In this document: positions 1 to 14,932 of the stretch, piece after piece
Layout: each line of letters opens with the position of its first letter
Position numbering within the stretch: the first letter of the stretch is position 1
Assembly (NCBI GenBank): GCA_964016885.1
Contig: OZ024742.1
Coordinates: 86,428,001-86,492,000, forward strand
DNA from: Eledone cirrhosa
Lineage: Eukaryota
Reading direction: 5' to 3'
DNA length: 64,000 nt
Position numbers and translations under genes: made by a program
The notes under the pieces: model-generated
Told to the model about the DNA's origin: nothing
What the model saw: only the letters and a program-made list of their open reading frames with translations
Database searches by the model: none

Positions 1-1799
1 CATATACACAACATACAAATGCGTAAATCTATATAAATGTATACATTTTCACATACCTATACATGCACACTTCTGACTACATAAATATATATACACACAC
101 TAAATTACAGGCACACACATAGATACTAATACACATACGTATACATCGATGGAGATTGAGAGACACTTCGTTTTATAAACATCAAACTAAGAGATAAAAC
201 ATAATATTTACTAATTAAGTTAAAGTTGCAAATGCAAATACTATCAAAAGATAATCTAAAATGTCGGCATGGAAATGAATATCTGAGACGACTATTCAGT
301 GCAGTATCAGGAAAATTAATCCGGTTTAATATTTTAGAACGGAATGGGTGAAAGGTTCTTTGAGAACACGTAAGAATAATCTATTGTAGTGTTGAGAAGA
401 CAAAACATTAAAAGTTATTATGCATAATGACTCTGTTTAAAAATAAAAATATACCTCGTTTTACGCACCCACTCCATAAGGATTTACTGAATAAATAATA
501 CACCATGTCAAAGAGTGCTTGAAATATAAACAATTTAACAACAAAATTAGTTTAGTTAAAGACGTATACTCTTTACGTTTTCATACATACAAGTATGTTG
601 GTGTGCATAAAAACTAATTTCAAAATTATAACCAGTTGCGTCTATGTTGTTAAGTTATTCATTTAAACATGTTGATTACTCTAACATAGCGGATAGCTGG
701 ATTTATTTCGTGAGTGAATAATAACATTGATGATAATAGTAATTATAATATAATATCCTTAATATTCGGTTCATTTGCAAACAAGCAGCCTCAAAACACC
801 ATGTACAACATTTTCCCACAGCTGTAGCAGATGCAAAAACAGTCTACAGTGGTTTCAGAGTTGCATCCTCATTAATGTTACCAAAAATGTTTCCGATGAA
901 ACGTCGGGGTTGATTTGGAGATACATCTAGAAATTAAACCAGAACAGCTTAAAACAAACCCAGGATCATGTTCGCTTCCGTGAGTGGCCTGGGGACAAAA
1001 GGCCGGACTGTTTCGTAGACACGGAAACAACGCTCCTGTGAGCCATCTGTCCACAACTAAAAAATGCAGGGGACTCAAACAAACAATGCTGTTCGAGCGG
1101 GAATGGGCTCATACAGTCCCACAACCAATAAAACTAGCACCAGCATCCCCAACTGTGGAAGATACAGCAGCAGCAACTGCAAATTTAGTCGAGCTACAAC
1201 CATCAAGGACATTTCTCCCATTCCCGCTTGCCCTCAACAAAATTTTATACACACTAAAACCCCACACAAACACAAACAGAGAATCATCTGACACAGGTAT
1301 TGACACCTCATATTCTCACAGGAGGGACCAAAATCATCAATAGACTCAACCAGTATAAATAGCACAAACAACATAGACACCAACATCCTCTAAAATACAA
1401 CAAAATCCCAAATCTCACCAACAACAGTAAAAACATCAAAACGATCTAAAGTGAAACAGACATTGTACATAGTAGAAATAAAAGAAAAAAAGAAAATATA
1501 AGGAATCGTATAGAACAGCGCTTAAGCTCTAGAGAAAATAACTACACCTAATCAAAATTAACTATATAAATATTCATACAATTCACGTCAGATAAAAATT
1601 AAATATGAAATTCAACAACACAATTGGAAATTTCCGAGTCACCATCTCCAAAAGAATGTTCGGTTTTGTACTAGTGAAAATGCCCATAATACACCGAAAG
1701 CATGGATCAACAGTCCGCCCTCCACTGGAATGATATAAATGATACTTCCCTATTTTACACTTCTTCAAATATGTCATTACTCAGGATCAGCAGTGTAAA

Positions 1800-2520
1800 A
1801 AGGTAGTAGATTGCTGTCATGGAATCAAGACCAACTGCACAACGATCTCAGATTACGAAATATTGATATGAGGACCATCAGCGAGACCTGCATTTCAGGG
1901 ACGTGGTCATTTCTAAAGGATATGCGCATAGTATCGGAGCTATGATCTCTCAAGTTGGAGAAGTAGCGGATCTACCTGAGATGACTCTCTGATCTCCGTG
2001 CTACGTACTCTATTGAATAATGTTACCTCAAAGACCCATGGGAGGATCCCATTTCAACAGATTGTATTCGCGATCGTATACTTTCTATTATTGCCCAAGA
2101 TATATAACTATAATGACGGTTGGCTCGAATATCGAATTGAAGATTGCGTGTGCGATTTTTACACCTACTTTCTTTCTTCTGTTTACCGAATGCTGATGAT
2201 AATTTGTTGCTTCTGATCCTTCAAATCTTACACTCACTTCAGCCTCCTGCCTTCTATCATTCGTGAACACGGTCCCAAGATACTTGAACTTCTCCGTCTG
2301 CTTCAGTTGAACAGTCGAACGCCATTTACATGTAGAGTCCACTACACAGGCTTCCCGGTGAGGACGGGTGTTTCAATTTTCGCATCACTGATTTTCAGTC
2401 TAGCCATGCAACACTTGGCATCAAACCTTTCGATGGCAAATCGGACATCAAATAAAGTCATGTTAAGTAGCACCATGTCGTCTGCAAATTCCTGCAGCCA
2501 ATGTTTTACCTTGCAAATTC
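1800..2520 (-). mobile_element. Decayed RTE-like LINE, RT C-terminal part
   Basis: FADDMVLL, LKIS..K, QLKQTEKFKYLGTVFTND. Confidence 0.75.
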
Positions 2521-3830
2521 CTGCAGCCAATGTTTTACCTTGCAAATAAATATACTTTTTGTTTAACGTAATACAATGGAAACTCAAATGCACGTTAGGT
2601 ATTTTTATTTTTTATTTAGCTCTGTTTTAAGCTATAAACAAAGACGCCTTTAATATTCATCTATAAGTTTTACTTGCTTATGTGTGGTACACTATGAATT
2701 TCCCGATTCCTAAGTATACTCCTTACAATTTGAGTTACGGTATTAGTTTTTTTTTGTTTTATATTTTCCCATCTTTATCATTATCTTATCGAAATTTCTA
2801 ATCCAAATCTCTCACTTCTATTATTCCAGAGAAACACAGTACTGTCTGTAGACGTGCAACCGGTTGTATATCACATTGAGCGTAACACTTTGAATCGTCA
2901 ATACCATATTCAAATTATGTTTGTAAAACAAAATTTATATGTGAGGTCAATCAACTAATATTATTATATTTATTATAGGTTCCTCAAGCTGTCGTCATGT
3001 ATAGTTTTGCTCTGTAAAGTTTGTTGATTTTAACCTGTATGCAAATCTTTCCTTGTTATCTTTCTTACTAATATATTGCAAAATATGACATATAACAAAC
3101 GTCAAAACAGAGATCACCATCATTGTCACCACCATCACTCAGAAAACAAGGAACAAAACCGTCACCCTACAAAACAACAAAAACAATATGCGCAAGAACA
3201 ATATCAAACACAACAGCAGAATCAACCGTAATAATAACAACAACAATGATAAAAAAGCAGTTAGCCAATGAGGAAGCCAGTTAAATACTGGGCTGACCAG
3301 CCGGTCAGCTAGCCAGCTAACATGTGAATGGATGCGCAGATATGCGCAATCCCAAAAAGGTACATACACGATAATCTATACCTCATGCAATGCAGCAGAA
3401 AGAGAGCAGGCAGTAAACATGGTTTTCAATAATGTCAACCATTGATAATTGGAGGCTGTCCTTAATGAATCCCGTTTTGGCCCCCATTTCAAAGGCTAGA
3501 TCACGGCAAAGTACACATCAACTTGGTGACCAAAGTAAATGGCTATGTAACGGACCTTTCCCGAACATGTGCTAATTCCGTCATGTATGCCATCCGCCCT
3601 CCTCTTCATAATTGCACTCAAGACATGTGGATAAGAACTAGGAAGAAGTAACGCGCGTGGTTGTCACTCTCACCCAGAAATGGTCCTGAAAGAAACTATA
3701 TTTTAAAGGATGTGTAGATGTGACGAATGTGTACTTCATTAACCTGTCACCAACGTATGTTGCGTGCATGCAGTCATCACCAAATTGAGCACCTGCTCAT
3801 CAGTATCTTGGAGATAGGACCATTTCCAAT

Positions 3831-4016
3831 ATTGTTTCTTCTTTTGGCACAAGTCAAGCAATTATGCCAGTGCATTACTAGTAATTTATTTTACCGATCC
3901 CGTAAGGATGAAAGGCAAATTTAACCTCGGCGGCATTTGAATATATAGTGCCGTAACTCTTTGCTGCAAAGCATGGCGTCCGACCCTCAACCGATACTGC
4001 CAATCCACCGCCCTAA
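3831..4016 (-). mobile_element. tRNA-derived SINE (main family)
   Basis: Reverse complement of 58817-59000. Confidence 0.8.
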
Positions 4017-6258
4017 AACCATTTCCAATAATACAACGGTCTATATACTGCTGCCAAGGTCATCTACGCGGTGGGTGTGGCATGACGTGGCTGATGATGC
4101 CCAAACATGGGCTGAGACAACGGCAAATCTAGATCACCCTACACGGTAAAAATATTGGGTCGGTGTTTGTCACTGCTCCTCTCAATGACTGAGCTGCAGG
4201 CGTGTGTTAATTGCAGAGGTAGATTGGGTGGAGGTGAGCTTAGAGATTATGTATGTTTAAAATATATGGTGTTCCTATTTCATCCCTGGGAGTTACCCTC
4301 CCAATTAGGAAATATTTTACTTATTCATTTGTTTTTAAATGTTATAATATTTTACATGTTTTATGTAAAACCGAAATGACCCTTTTTATGTATTGTCCCT
4401 TATGTTTTGGCCCATGTGGCCTGGCCCCACAAAAGAAATAATAATAATCCTTATTATTAGATTATTATATTTGTATGTTGCTTGTTCATAACGAGATTTA
4501 TCATCTTACCGCGTCAGCAATATGAATTAACATTTATAGTCGGTTGTCTATCTAAACCACATTTCTCTGCTTCATTAATTGCTGGCCCTGAACCTATACT
4601 AGAAAAAAATATTTCAGGGGTTTACATTTGTCACGTTTGGTTTGAGAAATTGAAGTGATTGCGGCGTAACTATGATTTAGTGTAAGCTGAGTCTTAGTTT
4701 ATTTTGTTATGGTTTTGTTGATATAATTTGTATTATATCTATTAATCTCATGATGATCGTGTTCTTTCCAATATTATATGACACGTGAAACTTTGAATAC
4801 ATTTTAATAGTTGTGTTATACATGGCGTAGCGTCAGGGCTACATAGAATGTAAGTAATGTATAATTATAAGTTCTCATATTGTAATTATTAGAGTGAAAT
4901 ATTGCTAAAAAACGACGTCGTAAAATTCAACTACAGATCATCAGAATGTCATTTTAAATAATTCTTTTAAAAAGAGTCGAAGAAGTCTTATGTAAAATTT
5001 CCTCATGCAGGGTCCATAAATATGGTAATAGATTGGAAATCGGTTTGTCAAAGTAATTGAAGAAAATAATTCGTAAGTATTCGTCGACAATAAAATCTGA
5101 AATGTTCGATAAATATGCAGCCGTGATATAAACTTTCGTTCATGGGCTGAAAGCACGAATATACATAGAAAAACATAGTAGTGCTTTTCCTAACATAGTG
5201 TTACAAATAAATATTAATCTTCTTAATAGATTGTTGTGTGTATGATGTGCATTAGATGAGAAAGTCAGAAGAGTAAGAATGAAATCAAATATATGTCTAA
5301 TAAATCACTTGTATTTAAATTCACAGAATGAGAATAGATTGAATTAAATAGATCCAATTTCAGGTAGATAAAACATATTGAAGCGGCGACAAAAGATAAA
5401 TATATATATTCTTTATTAATTACCCTATAATACCAATTTAGTTCTATTGTGTGCAATAAGAAATGTTGCGCGTAATATTGATTTTTTGCTGTTTTCGATA
5501 GAGCTCATTTTATTAGCTACATAATGCCGAATTAAGTTAATCATATTTATAAATCCCAAGATATCAGAAAGTTTGTAAATAGCATTTATTGAGATCCAAA
5601 TATAAAGTTAAAACGATTAATCATTATTCCCCAATACATCTGCATTCAGCGCACTACAAATCAAATTAATTATTGTGAAATTAGTTTTATTACTAGAGTT
5701 CATTTACCACAAAAACAAACCGAACAAATGGATCACACAGTTCTTCTCAAATCATGCTTCATATAAACGCTAGTTATCATATTTTGATATACATCGTGTG
5801 AAATCTCACTGGCGATGTTTTGTAACTGTAAAATTCGAATGGATACTGAGAGTATGGTTGGATGTATAACACCAAGAATTTTCCAGTATAGAAATTGCAT
5901 TTAGAAAAAGAATTACATCAGCAATAGAAAATATATCAAATAATAGAAAATTACATATTTTCTACCACAAATACGAGCAGAATTCATGTGAATGCATCGT
6001 AGTATTAAATATGTAATCGAACATTTATAAAAATTAAACAGACTGCCAACATTTCTATTAAAATTCGTTCATTGCAAATGTGATGTAATGGATTTGGTTA
6101 TAAATGATTCAGACACGAAATTCTATTAAGTAAATTTAATTTTTGATATGCGTATGATAATGGATTTTTTGGGGGATTTATAGATAATATTTGATACATA
6201 AAATTATATGCGTTTAGCTATTAAAATATGTTCAATTCTCTTTGCCCATTTACAAATA

Positions 6259-6358
6259 ATTGTTTCTACTTTAGGCACAAGGCCAGCAAATTACCCAGTA
6301 CATTACTGGTACTTTATTTTATCGACCCCGTAAGGATGAAAGGCAAAGTTAACCTCGG
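6259..6358 (-). mobile_element. SINE 3' half (main family)
   Basis: GGTACTTTATTTTATCGACCCCGTAAGGATGAAAGGCAAAGTTAACCTCGG. Confidence 0.8.
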
Positions 6359-6539
6359 CTACAAATAATATACGCTATTCTGATATGCATTTGTGTATCT
6401 ATTAATAATATTTTAGAGAATCATCAGCTATCGTTTAATGGCAATCAAATATATTCTTCTCAGTGAGTGTGTCTGAGTATTAATAAACCTTTCGTTAGAA
6501 GACTACCACCGTATTCTTACTATAATATATAGTCCGCCT

Positions 6540-7040
6540 CCAGGTCCCACAGGACAGGATGGGGAAGACTGTCGCGAAAAACTAAGAGGTCACGCTGGAA
6601 AACCCACTTCATCTCGCGGTGCACGCATCTGTGAACTTTTCCTCAGCTACTCGAGCAGTAAGCAGCGAAATGTAGCATGGTGGCTGAAGAGGCCTTATTG
6701 TCATTAGAGAAGGTGTGACACCATGAAGTATCGCAGATGCAGGGTCTACAACCACGACCGAGAGAATTGTCATGCCTTTTGATCTTTCCTCATGGTCCAA
6801 CCCCTCCGGCTCCGGCTTGGAACGGAAGCATACGCCATCCAGACCATGTTTTATTATCTCATTGAGAACTGCATGGCGTGAGAGGTGGCAAGGACTATAG
6901 CAGCATGATAATGGGTGAAGACGGAAATAATCCACTATGGCAACGCATTGACATTTGTAACGCCTACAAGTTCGGAGGCCAATATACTCGGAGCAGTCAT
7001 GCAGAGTGTAACTGTCATTTGTATACATTCAAGATGAGGA
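6540..7040 (-). mobile_element. CRE-like non-LTR element 3' end (zinc knuckle + restriction-like endonuclease)
   Basis: C.C...HPLSC...RH..LNEII...EPEGL... resembles the CRE-clade C-terminus; degenerate. Confidence 0.6.
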
Positions 7041-7860
7041 ATCCTGAGAATTTGTATGTGTGATTCAAACACATCAATATGTATGTTACATTGAATATGA
7101 GTTTGGAAAGTATGATTCGCTGTTTTAGCTCAATAAGCCTCTCAATATACACACATTTTATGAGAGGTTATATATGGTGCAGTTTTGCATATTCTAAACA
7201 TTAAAAAATTGTATATACACGACAAGAATATCATTTAATCAGGTATATGTTTAAACAGTGGAGTTTCGTACAGGCAACAAGAAGGAATTGAAATTATCAA
7301 TTTGAAGCTATTGCCATATTTATAAATAAGACCAACGTCAGCGTAAATTGATGAAGGAGATCTATGAACAAGGGTGTTACGTCTGAAGAAATATGAATTA
7401 ATGCTTCGACATTTATGCATTTTAGAAATGTGTTAGCATCTGAAGAACAGTAGCGTGTAATATCGAAGATCATACGGTGGTTATTAATGCACTGATGATT
7501 TTACAAATGTTGTTCCTAAGTTTACGTTGAAAGAGATAGGGCTATTTTTTCTAATAATTATATTCTGAAAATCAGTCGGTTGAATTTCGTAAAAAAAAAA
7601 AGCATCATTTACTAGAGAGTTGCTATCTACAGTACCCTTGCAGTTGAAATCAGCATTCTAATTAAACGTATCCATTATTTCGGTATTGGATCATTTGATT
7701 CCATAAACAGGTATCGTGTAATATTTCTTGTTGCATTTAATATATAAGCTTTAGGCCTTTTTCGTGTGCTATTTGTACACGAATACCGGACATGAGTTGA
7801 GAAAATCAAATCTTGACAACTGTTGAATCTATTCATTATATATATATATATCTATCTATA

Positions 7861-7933
<73 letters not shown>

Positions 7934-9559
7934 ACGAGATAAATAGAGAGATAAATACATAGATAGATAGATAGAGAGGGAGCGAGAGAGAGTGAAAGAG
8001 AGATATATGGGACTGTCTTAATCCAATTAAGTGTTAATTTTTCTTCAATAAACATGATTCAATTCAACAAAGTACAAACTCTCCAGTCTACAGAAAAATA
8101 AACGTAATCACTTATATCATCGAAAGACTCAGTTCTATATCAGCCCACAGTATCTATGCAAAATGGATGAGGTTCAACACCGGAATATATTTGAATATAT
8201 TACTTTCTCATCACTCTTATCAGAAAATGAAATATTTCCATTAAAGAATAATTCGAGAGACTGATTACCAATGTCTAAGTCATTTTCTTTATCAATCTTC
8301 ATTATATTGAAACTGACACAAACGCTATCCTATCTATTTCAGATGCAACAACTAAACACATAGGAGTTTCACGAGATTTCCTCTTTTTAGTTTTTTCTGA
8401 GGTAGGCCATGATTTATTTCCTCGAATTAAAATCATTTCTCTGAAATTGTTTAAATATTGGTGTATAAAATACTGCTCTAGATATTTATATAACTTGCTG
8501 TGTCCAATAACTCAGATGTTATCATTTCTTTCAGCTTTAATTTTTTAAAAGAATGTGATACGTATTATTATATAATATTGCATTACTATCAGGAACCATC
8601 TTAATCAAGAGATATTTTATGAGCATTTATCTCATTTGCTTACAAAAATAACAAATATGAATATATTATGGCAACGTTTTATTTTACTTCAAGCCATCTT
8701 GTATAAAAGAGCATGTGACTATGCAAAAACGAACAAATATGGACTAACGCCCTTGCAATATTAGTGCCCTGTCATCTGTAAAAAAGAGTTTTTAATATCA
8801 TTTAATTCCAGCCTGATGATTCAATATTTCAATTTTTACAGTAGCCCCCAACGTAACAATATTGAACTGATACATCTTCAATTTCATTCTAAAGCCAGCT
8901 TTCTGTATCCATGCCATCTAATCGGTTTAAAGTATATATTAGCAGGCGGTGAATTGGCATAATCATAAGAATTTTGGATAGAATATATTTCCGTATTCTT
9001 TCAGACAGTCTGCTCTCTGAGGTCAACTTTGCATTTCATAATTTCGAGGTCCATAAAAACTTATCGGTCTTGTACAATGATCGATTCTCCCTCTCACTAT
9101 TTTTCTTAATCTGGAAGAAATCTGCTGTGTTCAGACGTTGTGAGGGATGGGCTCCATCAGGTTTAAAACGATGCTCCAAAACGCTACGATACCCTCAAGA
9201 TTAACGTGACCATATTATACCATATCATACCATATATGTTAGCACGGAAAAATAAATAAATATAGCATAGAAAACAATATAAATGTGTAGCATCAGAGAC
9301 ATCAACTCTAACAAAAAACTCTCTCTTTTAGCCACTGCTTCTGAAGCTTTTAATACGATTGAGATGAAAATTATTTTGTGTGGGAATTCCAGATTTCTTT
9401 TTCGCATTTCACAATTGTGTACTATTCCATATGCTTTCATTCTATGTATATGATTCTAGTATCAAAAGTGTGTTGAGCTTTGATTTCATATATCATGATG
9501 CGAATTCATCATTTAGGAGGCGTTTTATTTATTTATTGTGGTTTTTGATTTCACATTTT

Positions 9560-10790
9560 GGTCGGTTGTTTTGAAATATCACGGAGAATTGTTGTTTTAT
9601 AATTATGTGGCACTAAGTTTGGTATATGTTTGGTCCACATTTTTTCCTGTCCGTATTGAATTAAATTGAAATAAATTTAAGTGTTTCTAAATCCAAATTA
9701 TATCATGACTCTGGATATATATGTTTTGACTAACAACGGATAGCCAGAGTTAAAGTGGTTTTTGTTTTCCGCCCCCTCCACAGTTTCCGCATATCCTTAT
9801 TTGCTGGTATTTTGTTACTTTTCGTAAGTTTGGAATTTTCTGCAATGTTGAAAGTGCATATTTGATGATCGTGCGCTGAATTTATGAATCCTTCAATCCC
9901 GGCTTTAATTCAGTTCATTTTAATCAATTCTATTAATTTTGCTTCTTTAATTCCTCCCTGTTCAGCTACAGTAAGTACTAGCCATGCAGATTTATTTTGC
10001 TATCATTTTAAGTTGATATTCTGAAGATCTGTTGTGTCGCGTTATTCCCTTTCATTTTTTATAATTTACCAATTAATTATCTTTCAATTTAGGTTTTGTT
10101 TTGATCTAATTAGCTTCATTGAGGATATGAAACAATCTTTGTCTTCGGTCATATTTCGTGATTATTTGGAACAACTTTTCATTATCCTTCATAAGACAGA
10201 ATTGCAGCTCTTCTGTCGTTATTTTATAATAGTGGTCTTAGTCTATAAGCCCCTTGTCTTTCTGTTTTCCTGATCAGGATTATCTTTCAATATCTGATTT
10301 GGTTGATATCTTTTGTATGACATAATTTCCGTTTTCTTTTTTTTTTTGTGTCCAATCCTCCCTCTTTGCTTAGGGTAGACTTCAGAATATTAAATTTGTA
10401 GGTTTTAAATGGAATATTTCGAGTATGAAAGAATTTCACCTCACCGTTTGCATTCAGTAGTAATCGAATACATATATTTTATTTCATTTGTACTTTTTCC
10501 TTCAACTTTGTGTATTGAGAACTTTTTACGGTTCCGCTATTTATCTATTTGTAAGACGTTTCTCGCCTCAGTAACCTCAGATAGCGAATGACAACTATAT
10601 TGTATACTTTTCCAACTTATCGGTGTTAACTTTGCGCAGTTTTTCTCCTTCAAGGTAGTATGTCTAGGACAAGTATTACGCTGATTTGAAAGCAGGGGCA
10701 GATGTGACTCGTTATTCATCCAGTCACCTACCATATATGTGGCCAAAAGAAAATTGTGTGATACACAGAGCCCATAAATCTGCATACAGG
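9560..10790 (-). mobile_element. Highly decayed R4/Dong-like LINE
   Basis: Minus-strand remnants GFINSAHDH...CGNCGGAENKNHFNSGYP.L resemble the R4 motif GF..AQDQ..C..C...E...H..SGC. Boundaries are approximate. Confidence 0.4.
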
Positions 10791-12290
10791 TGAGTAGTGA
10801 ATTTCATTTAAAAAAAAAGATTTGTGTACAATTCTATTATATTTCTATTGACATTTTTTCATATCTTCACATTGCCACAAAGTTCATGTTGGACACGTTT
10901 GTTTTCCGTAATTCCTGTATCTAGTAGACAAATAAAGGTATCGATTGCAAATGTATCGACACACCAGCTTCAAAAATCCTTTAACCTCATTAGGTGTTAT
11001 TATTTTCGGAACTCGGAATTTATGGATCAGCACACAATATCTTTTGTAATATTTCGTTGCCTTATGTTACGACTTAAATTCAAATCTATCTAAATCAAGG
11101 TAGCGTTGATGCACTTGTAATCGATAATTATAGTTTGGTTTTAATTGGCTGATACATGGCCGAAGATGTCTGGCTTGTATAATTTTGTTTTCCAAGATTT
11201 GTCATTGAGCTAAAATCAGAAATACTTATTATTAATTAAAAGTAATAAAAAAAGAAGATTGCAATACATTAATTCGGTTAAAATATGTGGATTTCCCGGT
11301 AGCATATAAGTAACTACCAGGATTCCGAAACAAAATCTGCAAATTGTATGATTTGATTTTATTATGAAATTGGTAAGTGCGTTTATGTGCGTTTGTATTT
11401 TATATATGTTTGTTTCAGATAACATCTTAATTAGATAATATTTCGGCTAATGTCTTATTCACAACGCCACGGTGATTAATGGCAATAGATGTTTAATTTT
11501 TTTAAATCTCATTCAACGTTGTGCTAATGAAGAAGCTAGTCAATAATAATGTCAAAAACCATGGAGAAAAATCTATAGTGATGGACCGATTACATGTGAT
11601 TATACCCTGACGTAAGTCCGTCCTGAGTTTGAGTTTCATGAAGAATTGTACATCACATATAATTCTGGAATATTCTGATATTTTTACGAGTTTGTGTGAA
11701 GTTTCTGCTTTTAATTAAATTCCGTAAGTATAATTTATTTTAAGGCCAATGACATTTCAAAGTCAATCGCTACACTAACTATTAGTAATGGAGGGCTACA
11801 GGTTGGTGGCCAAGTTGAGTCATTACAGCATCAGACAAAATGTTTACGGCATTTAGTTAAGTCACTTTGTCTACAGATTTCAAATCCTGTATGAGACAAA
11901 TTAGTATTTCATCCTCCCGCCGTCGATATAAAATAATTGTATATTAAATGAAGCTGTTGTTGTTTTTTTTATTTTGTTTTTTACATGATGCACAATTACT
12001 CATCTCAAGAAATTGCTGACTTTGTGCCATATACATTAGTAATCTGTGGGAAAATTCCAGAATCTGCAAAATCTGATTCCACAAAAATTAAAATGAAATA
12101 CAAGTCCTTTTGATGTAGTCATTAATTTTGAATTTGAAGATGAGGTCAAGTAATAACTTGAAAGTTAAAAAACGAGCATGGATCTCTGGAAAACGATAGT
12201 TTATGCATAGCTATATTGCTCTGGTAATCGTTCAACATTCACATTATATTATGTTTCCTAGCAACACTATTATTCATATTATCATTACTT

Positions 12291-12700
12291 GGCAGAATCA
12301 GTAGAGAGTTGTACAACACTCTTTGTGGCATTTACATACGTCCGATTGTGTTCTAAGTTCAAACCCATCCAGTTCAGCTAGCCTTTGATCCTGTGGTCGA
12401 AAAGATAATGGATCAATAATGCACTTGGTTTGGTTTAAACGACTTTTCCATACCCTTGAATGTTTTCCCTTGTGCCTCAATCAGAAAACATTATAATTAT
12501 TGGGGTGTTGACATTATTGGGAAAGCGTTGCACAATATGATTTGCGGCATATATTTGCGTTCTGAGGTCAAATCACTAGGATGGTAGCTTTGCCTATCAT
12601 TCTTACGCGGTCGATAACATGAAGTACCAGTAATGCATTGAGGTCGATGTAATCGACTACACACTTCAACTTGATAGTCTGTTGCCAAAGTTATAAACTG
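12291..12700 (+). mobile_element. Two old tandem SINE copies (related family)
   Basis: TGGCAGAATCAG/GTTCAAACCC boxes and a degenerate core. Similar relics at ~8942-9070 and ~11805-11935. Confidence 0.5.
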
Positions 12701-13130
12701 TTATTATTCCTTTCTTTGTAAGCGTTCATGTATTATTTATCTATTACAATATCATAGTCTTCGGAAAATATATAAGATTTATTTATGTTGGATGTCGTTT
12801 CCTGAGATTGTTAGAAGTTTGTGCGATATCAATCGTTTAAATTTCATTTAGTACTTTAGCATTGGGATATCTTCATATTGATATGGAACATAATTTAGAT
12901 GCTTTTATCTTCTCGTATGGCCGTAAATCATTAATGTACAAGTGACAGATATTCTAAATAACAGCGGTAAGGGTCAAAAGCTATGAACAATTGAATATAG
13001 TGTTGAAGAAACATGTTGTATCATAAATACTGAGAGTTGTGTCATTATAATACCTGCATACTCACTTATAACCCGACACGTCAAACACACATACACAGAC
13101 ATATACACACACACACATGCACCCACACAC

Positions 13131-13190
<60 letters not shown>

Positions 13191-13191
13191 T

Positions 13192-13239
<48 letters not shown>

Positions 13240-13664
13240 CATATTGACCTAGTGAAAACGATTTTATGATACGATGAATGTAGCTTATTCAGATAGTTTG
13301 AGCAAGATATGTCAAACGAAAATCTGAAGGCATATTAAATAAAATTGCTATAAATGTTACATCTTTGTGTGCGTTAAATCTAGTTAATATTCAACAACAT
13401 TGAGATGCAATGTATTAAAATTTGACTCCAGACACGAAATACATATACGCATGCATACACTCACAATACTTGCAAGCAACCAGAAACACGTAATTTCTTT
13501 CATATAGAAAGTAGTTCTACATGTGAAGAATAATTGATCACTAGCAAAGTGATGATTTTTAATGTATTTCAGAAATTCTATATATGTTATGGAAATTATC
13601 TTCACCATATAGGAATGATTGTATGTAACAGTCTCGCAAAAAGAGACACACACACCCACACACC

Positions 13665-13742
<78 letters not shown>

Positions 13743-13800
13743 TACACACACCCACACACATGCGCACACAAACACACATACACACACACACACACTTATA

Positions 13801-13854
<54 letters not shown>

Positions 13855-14472
13855 TATGAATTAGAACCCTGTAACCATTAAGCTCTAAGTATAAATTACG
13901 AATAAATACTGAGCCGATTAACAATATATAGTAAGAAACACAGTAAACCGTGTGTCTAAAATTACAAGGGTTGAAAAACATCATATGCTATATATTGTTA
14001 ATCGGCTCAGTATTTATTTGTACTTTATACTTAGAGCTTAATGGTTACAGGGTTCTAATTCATATATATATATATATTTCGGCTCTCTTACAGGATGAGC
14101 TATTAAGCTGCGCGTGTTGGACTGTTATTTCTGTTCAACACGCGCTTACCACGTTTGGCTGGCGAAGCACGAGGTGATGAATTCATCTTTCTGTGTGAAA
14201 GTTGGCAAATAGTGTTTGTGGCATTTAATCGCAATCTCTCACTGATGAAGCCCAGGATTATATGTTACAAACACACTCAGGGCGAAACAGATTAGGGATA
14301 ATCTGTCCGAGAGATATAATGGTTATTGAGGCGGTTTGTATTATTTGATAATATATTTTTATGTTAATTTCGTCATTCTGTCTGTTTCTTGGTTAAATAC
14401 TTCAAGCATATGTGGTTTTTCAACCCTTGTAATTTTAGACACACGGTTTACTGTGTTTCTTACTATATATTG

Positions 14473-14473
<1 letters not shown>
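13855..14473. mobile_element. Non-autonomous HHR-bearing (retrozyme/pLTR-like) element with inverted partial copies
   Basis: 13921-13989 is the reverse complement of 14405-14473, and 13855-13931 is the reverse complement of 13988-14065. The pieces are bounded by (TA)n and contain the HHR at 14234. Confidence 0.65.
14234..14315 (+). ncRNA. Type I hammerhead ribozyme in a non-coding element
   Basis: ATCTCTC-A-CTGATGA-A-GCCC...GGGC-GAAA-CAGATTA-ggga-TAATCTG-TC-C-GAGAGAT, with an A.C mismatch at the first stem I pair. Confidence 0.85.
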
Positions 14474-14521
<48 letters not shown>

Positions 14522-14666
14522 TAAAATAACAGATTAAAGTTTAAGCAAAGAATCGCTGCTTTCACCCTTAACGGGATCTTCTGAAACTCTACGGTTCTTA
14601 TATATTTGATATATATTTATCCTTATTGATCCCTCTTTGGATTTTAGTCTTCAAATTTATTATTAT

Positions 14667-14716
<50 letters not shown>

Positions 14717-14861
14717 ATAATAATAAATTTGAAGACTAAAATCCAAAGAGGGATCAATAAGGATAAATATATATCAAATATATAAGAACCGTAGAGTTTC
14801 AGAAGATCCCGTTAAGGGTGAAAGCAGCGATTCTTTGCTTAAACTTTAATCTGTTATTTTA

Positions 14862-14912
<51 letters not shown>

Positions 14913-14931
14913 CAATATATAGTAAGAAACA
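14454..14931. repeat. Long palindrome (~240-bp arms) centred on (TA)n, abutting the 5' end of Naiad A
   Basis: TGTTTCTTAC...TTATTACT(AT)n AGTAATAA...GTAAGAAACA; the arms read as reverse complements. Confidence 0.9.
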
Positions 14932-14932
14932 T

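Noticed and set aside
860-1790. Possible LINE remnants or ORF 984-1343
   Set aside because: Only vague similarity; no motif I can support.
4070-4175. HHR-like CTGATGA-T-GCCC..GGGC-T-GAGAC
   Set aside because: GAAA is mutated and stem I does not pair at the cleavage site. At best a dead relic.
7375-7450. CTGAAGA...GAAA motif
   Set aside because: No convincing stems; expected by chance in AT-rich DNA.
12974-13881. ORFs rich in YI/CV/HT repeats (also 25985, 41027, 52479, 57398 etc.)
   Set aside because: Translations of TA and CA microsatellites.
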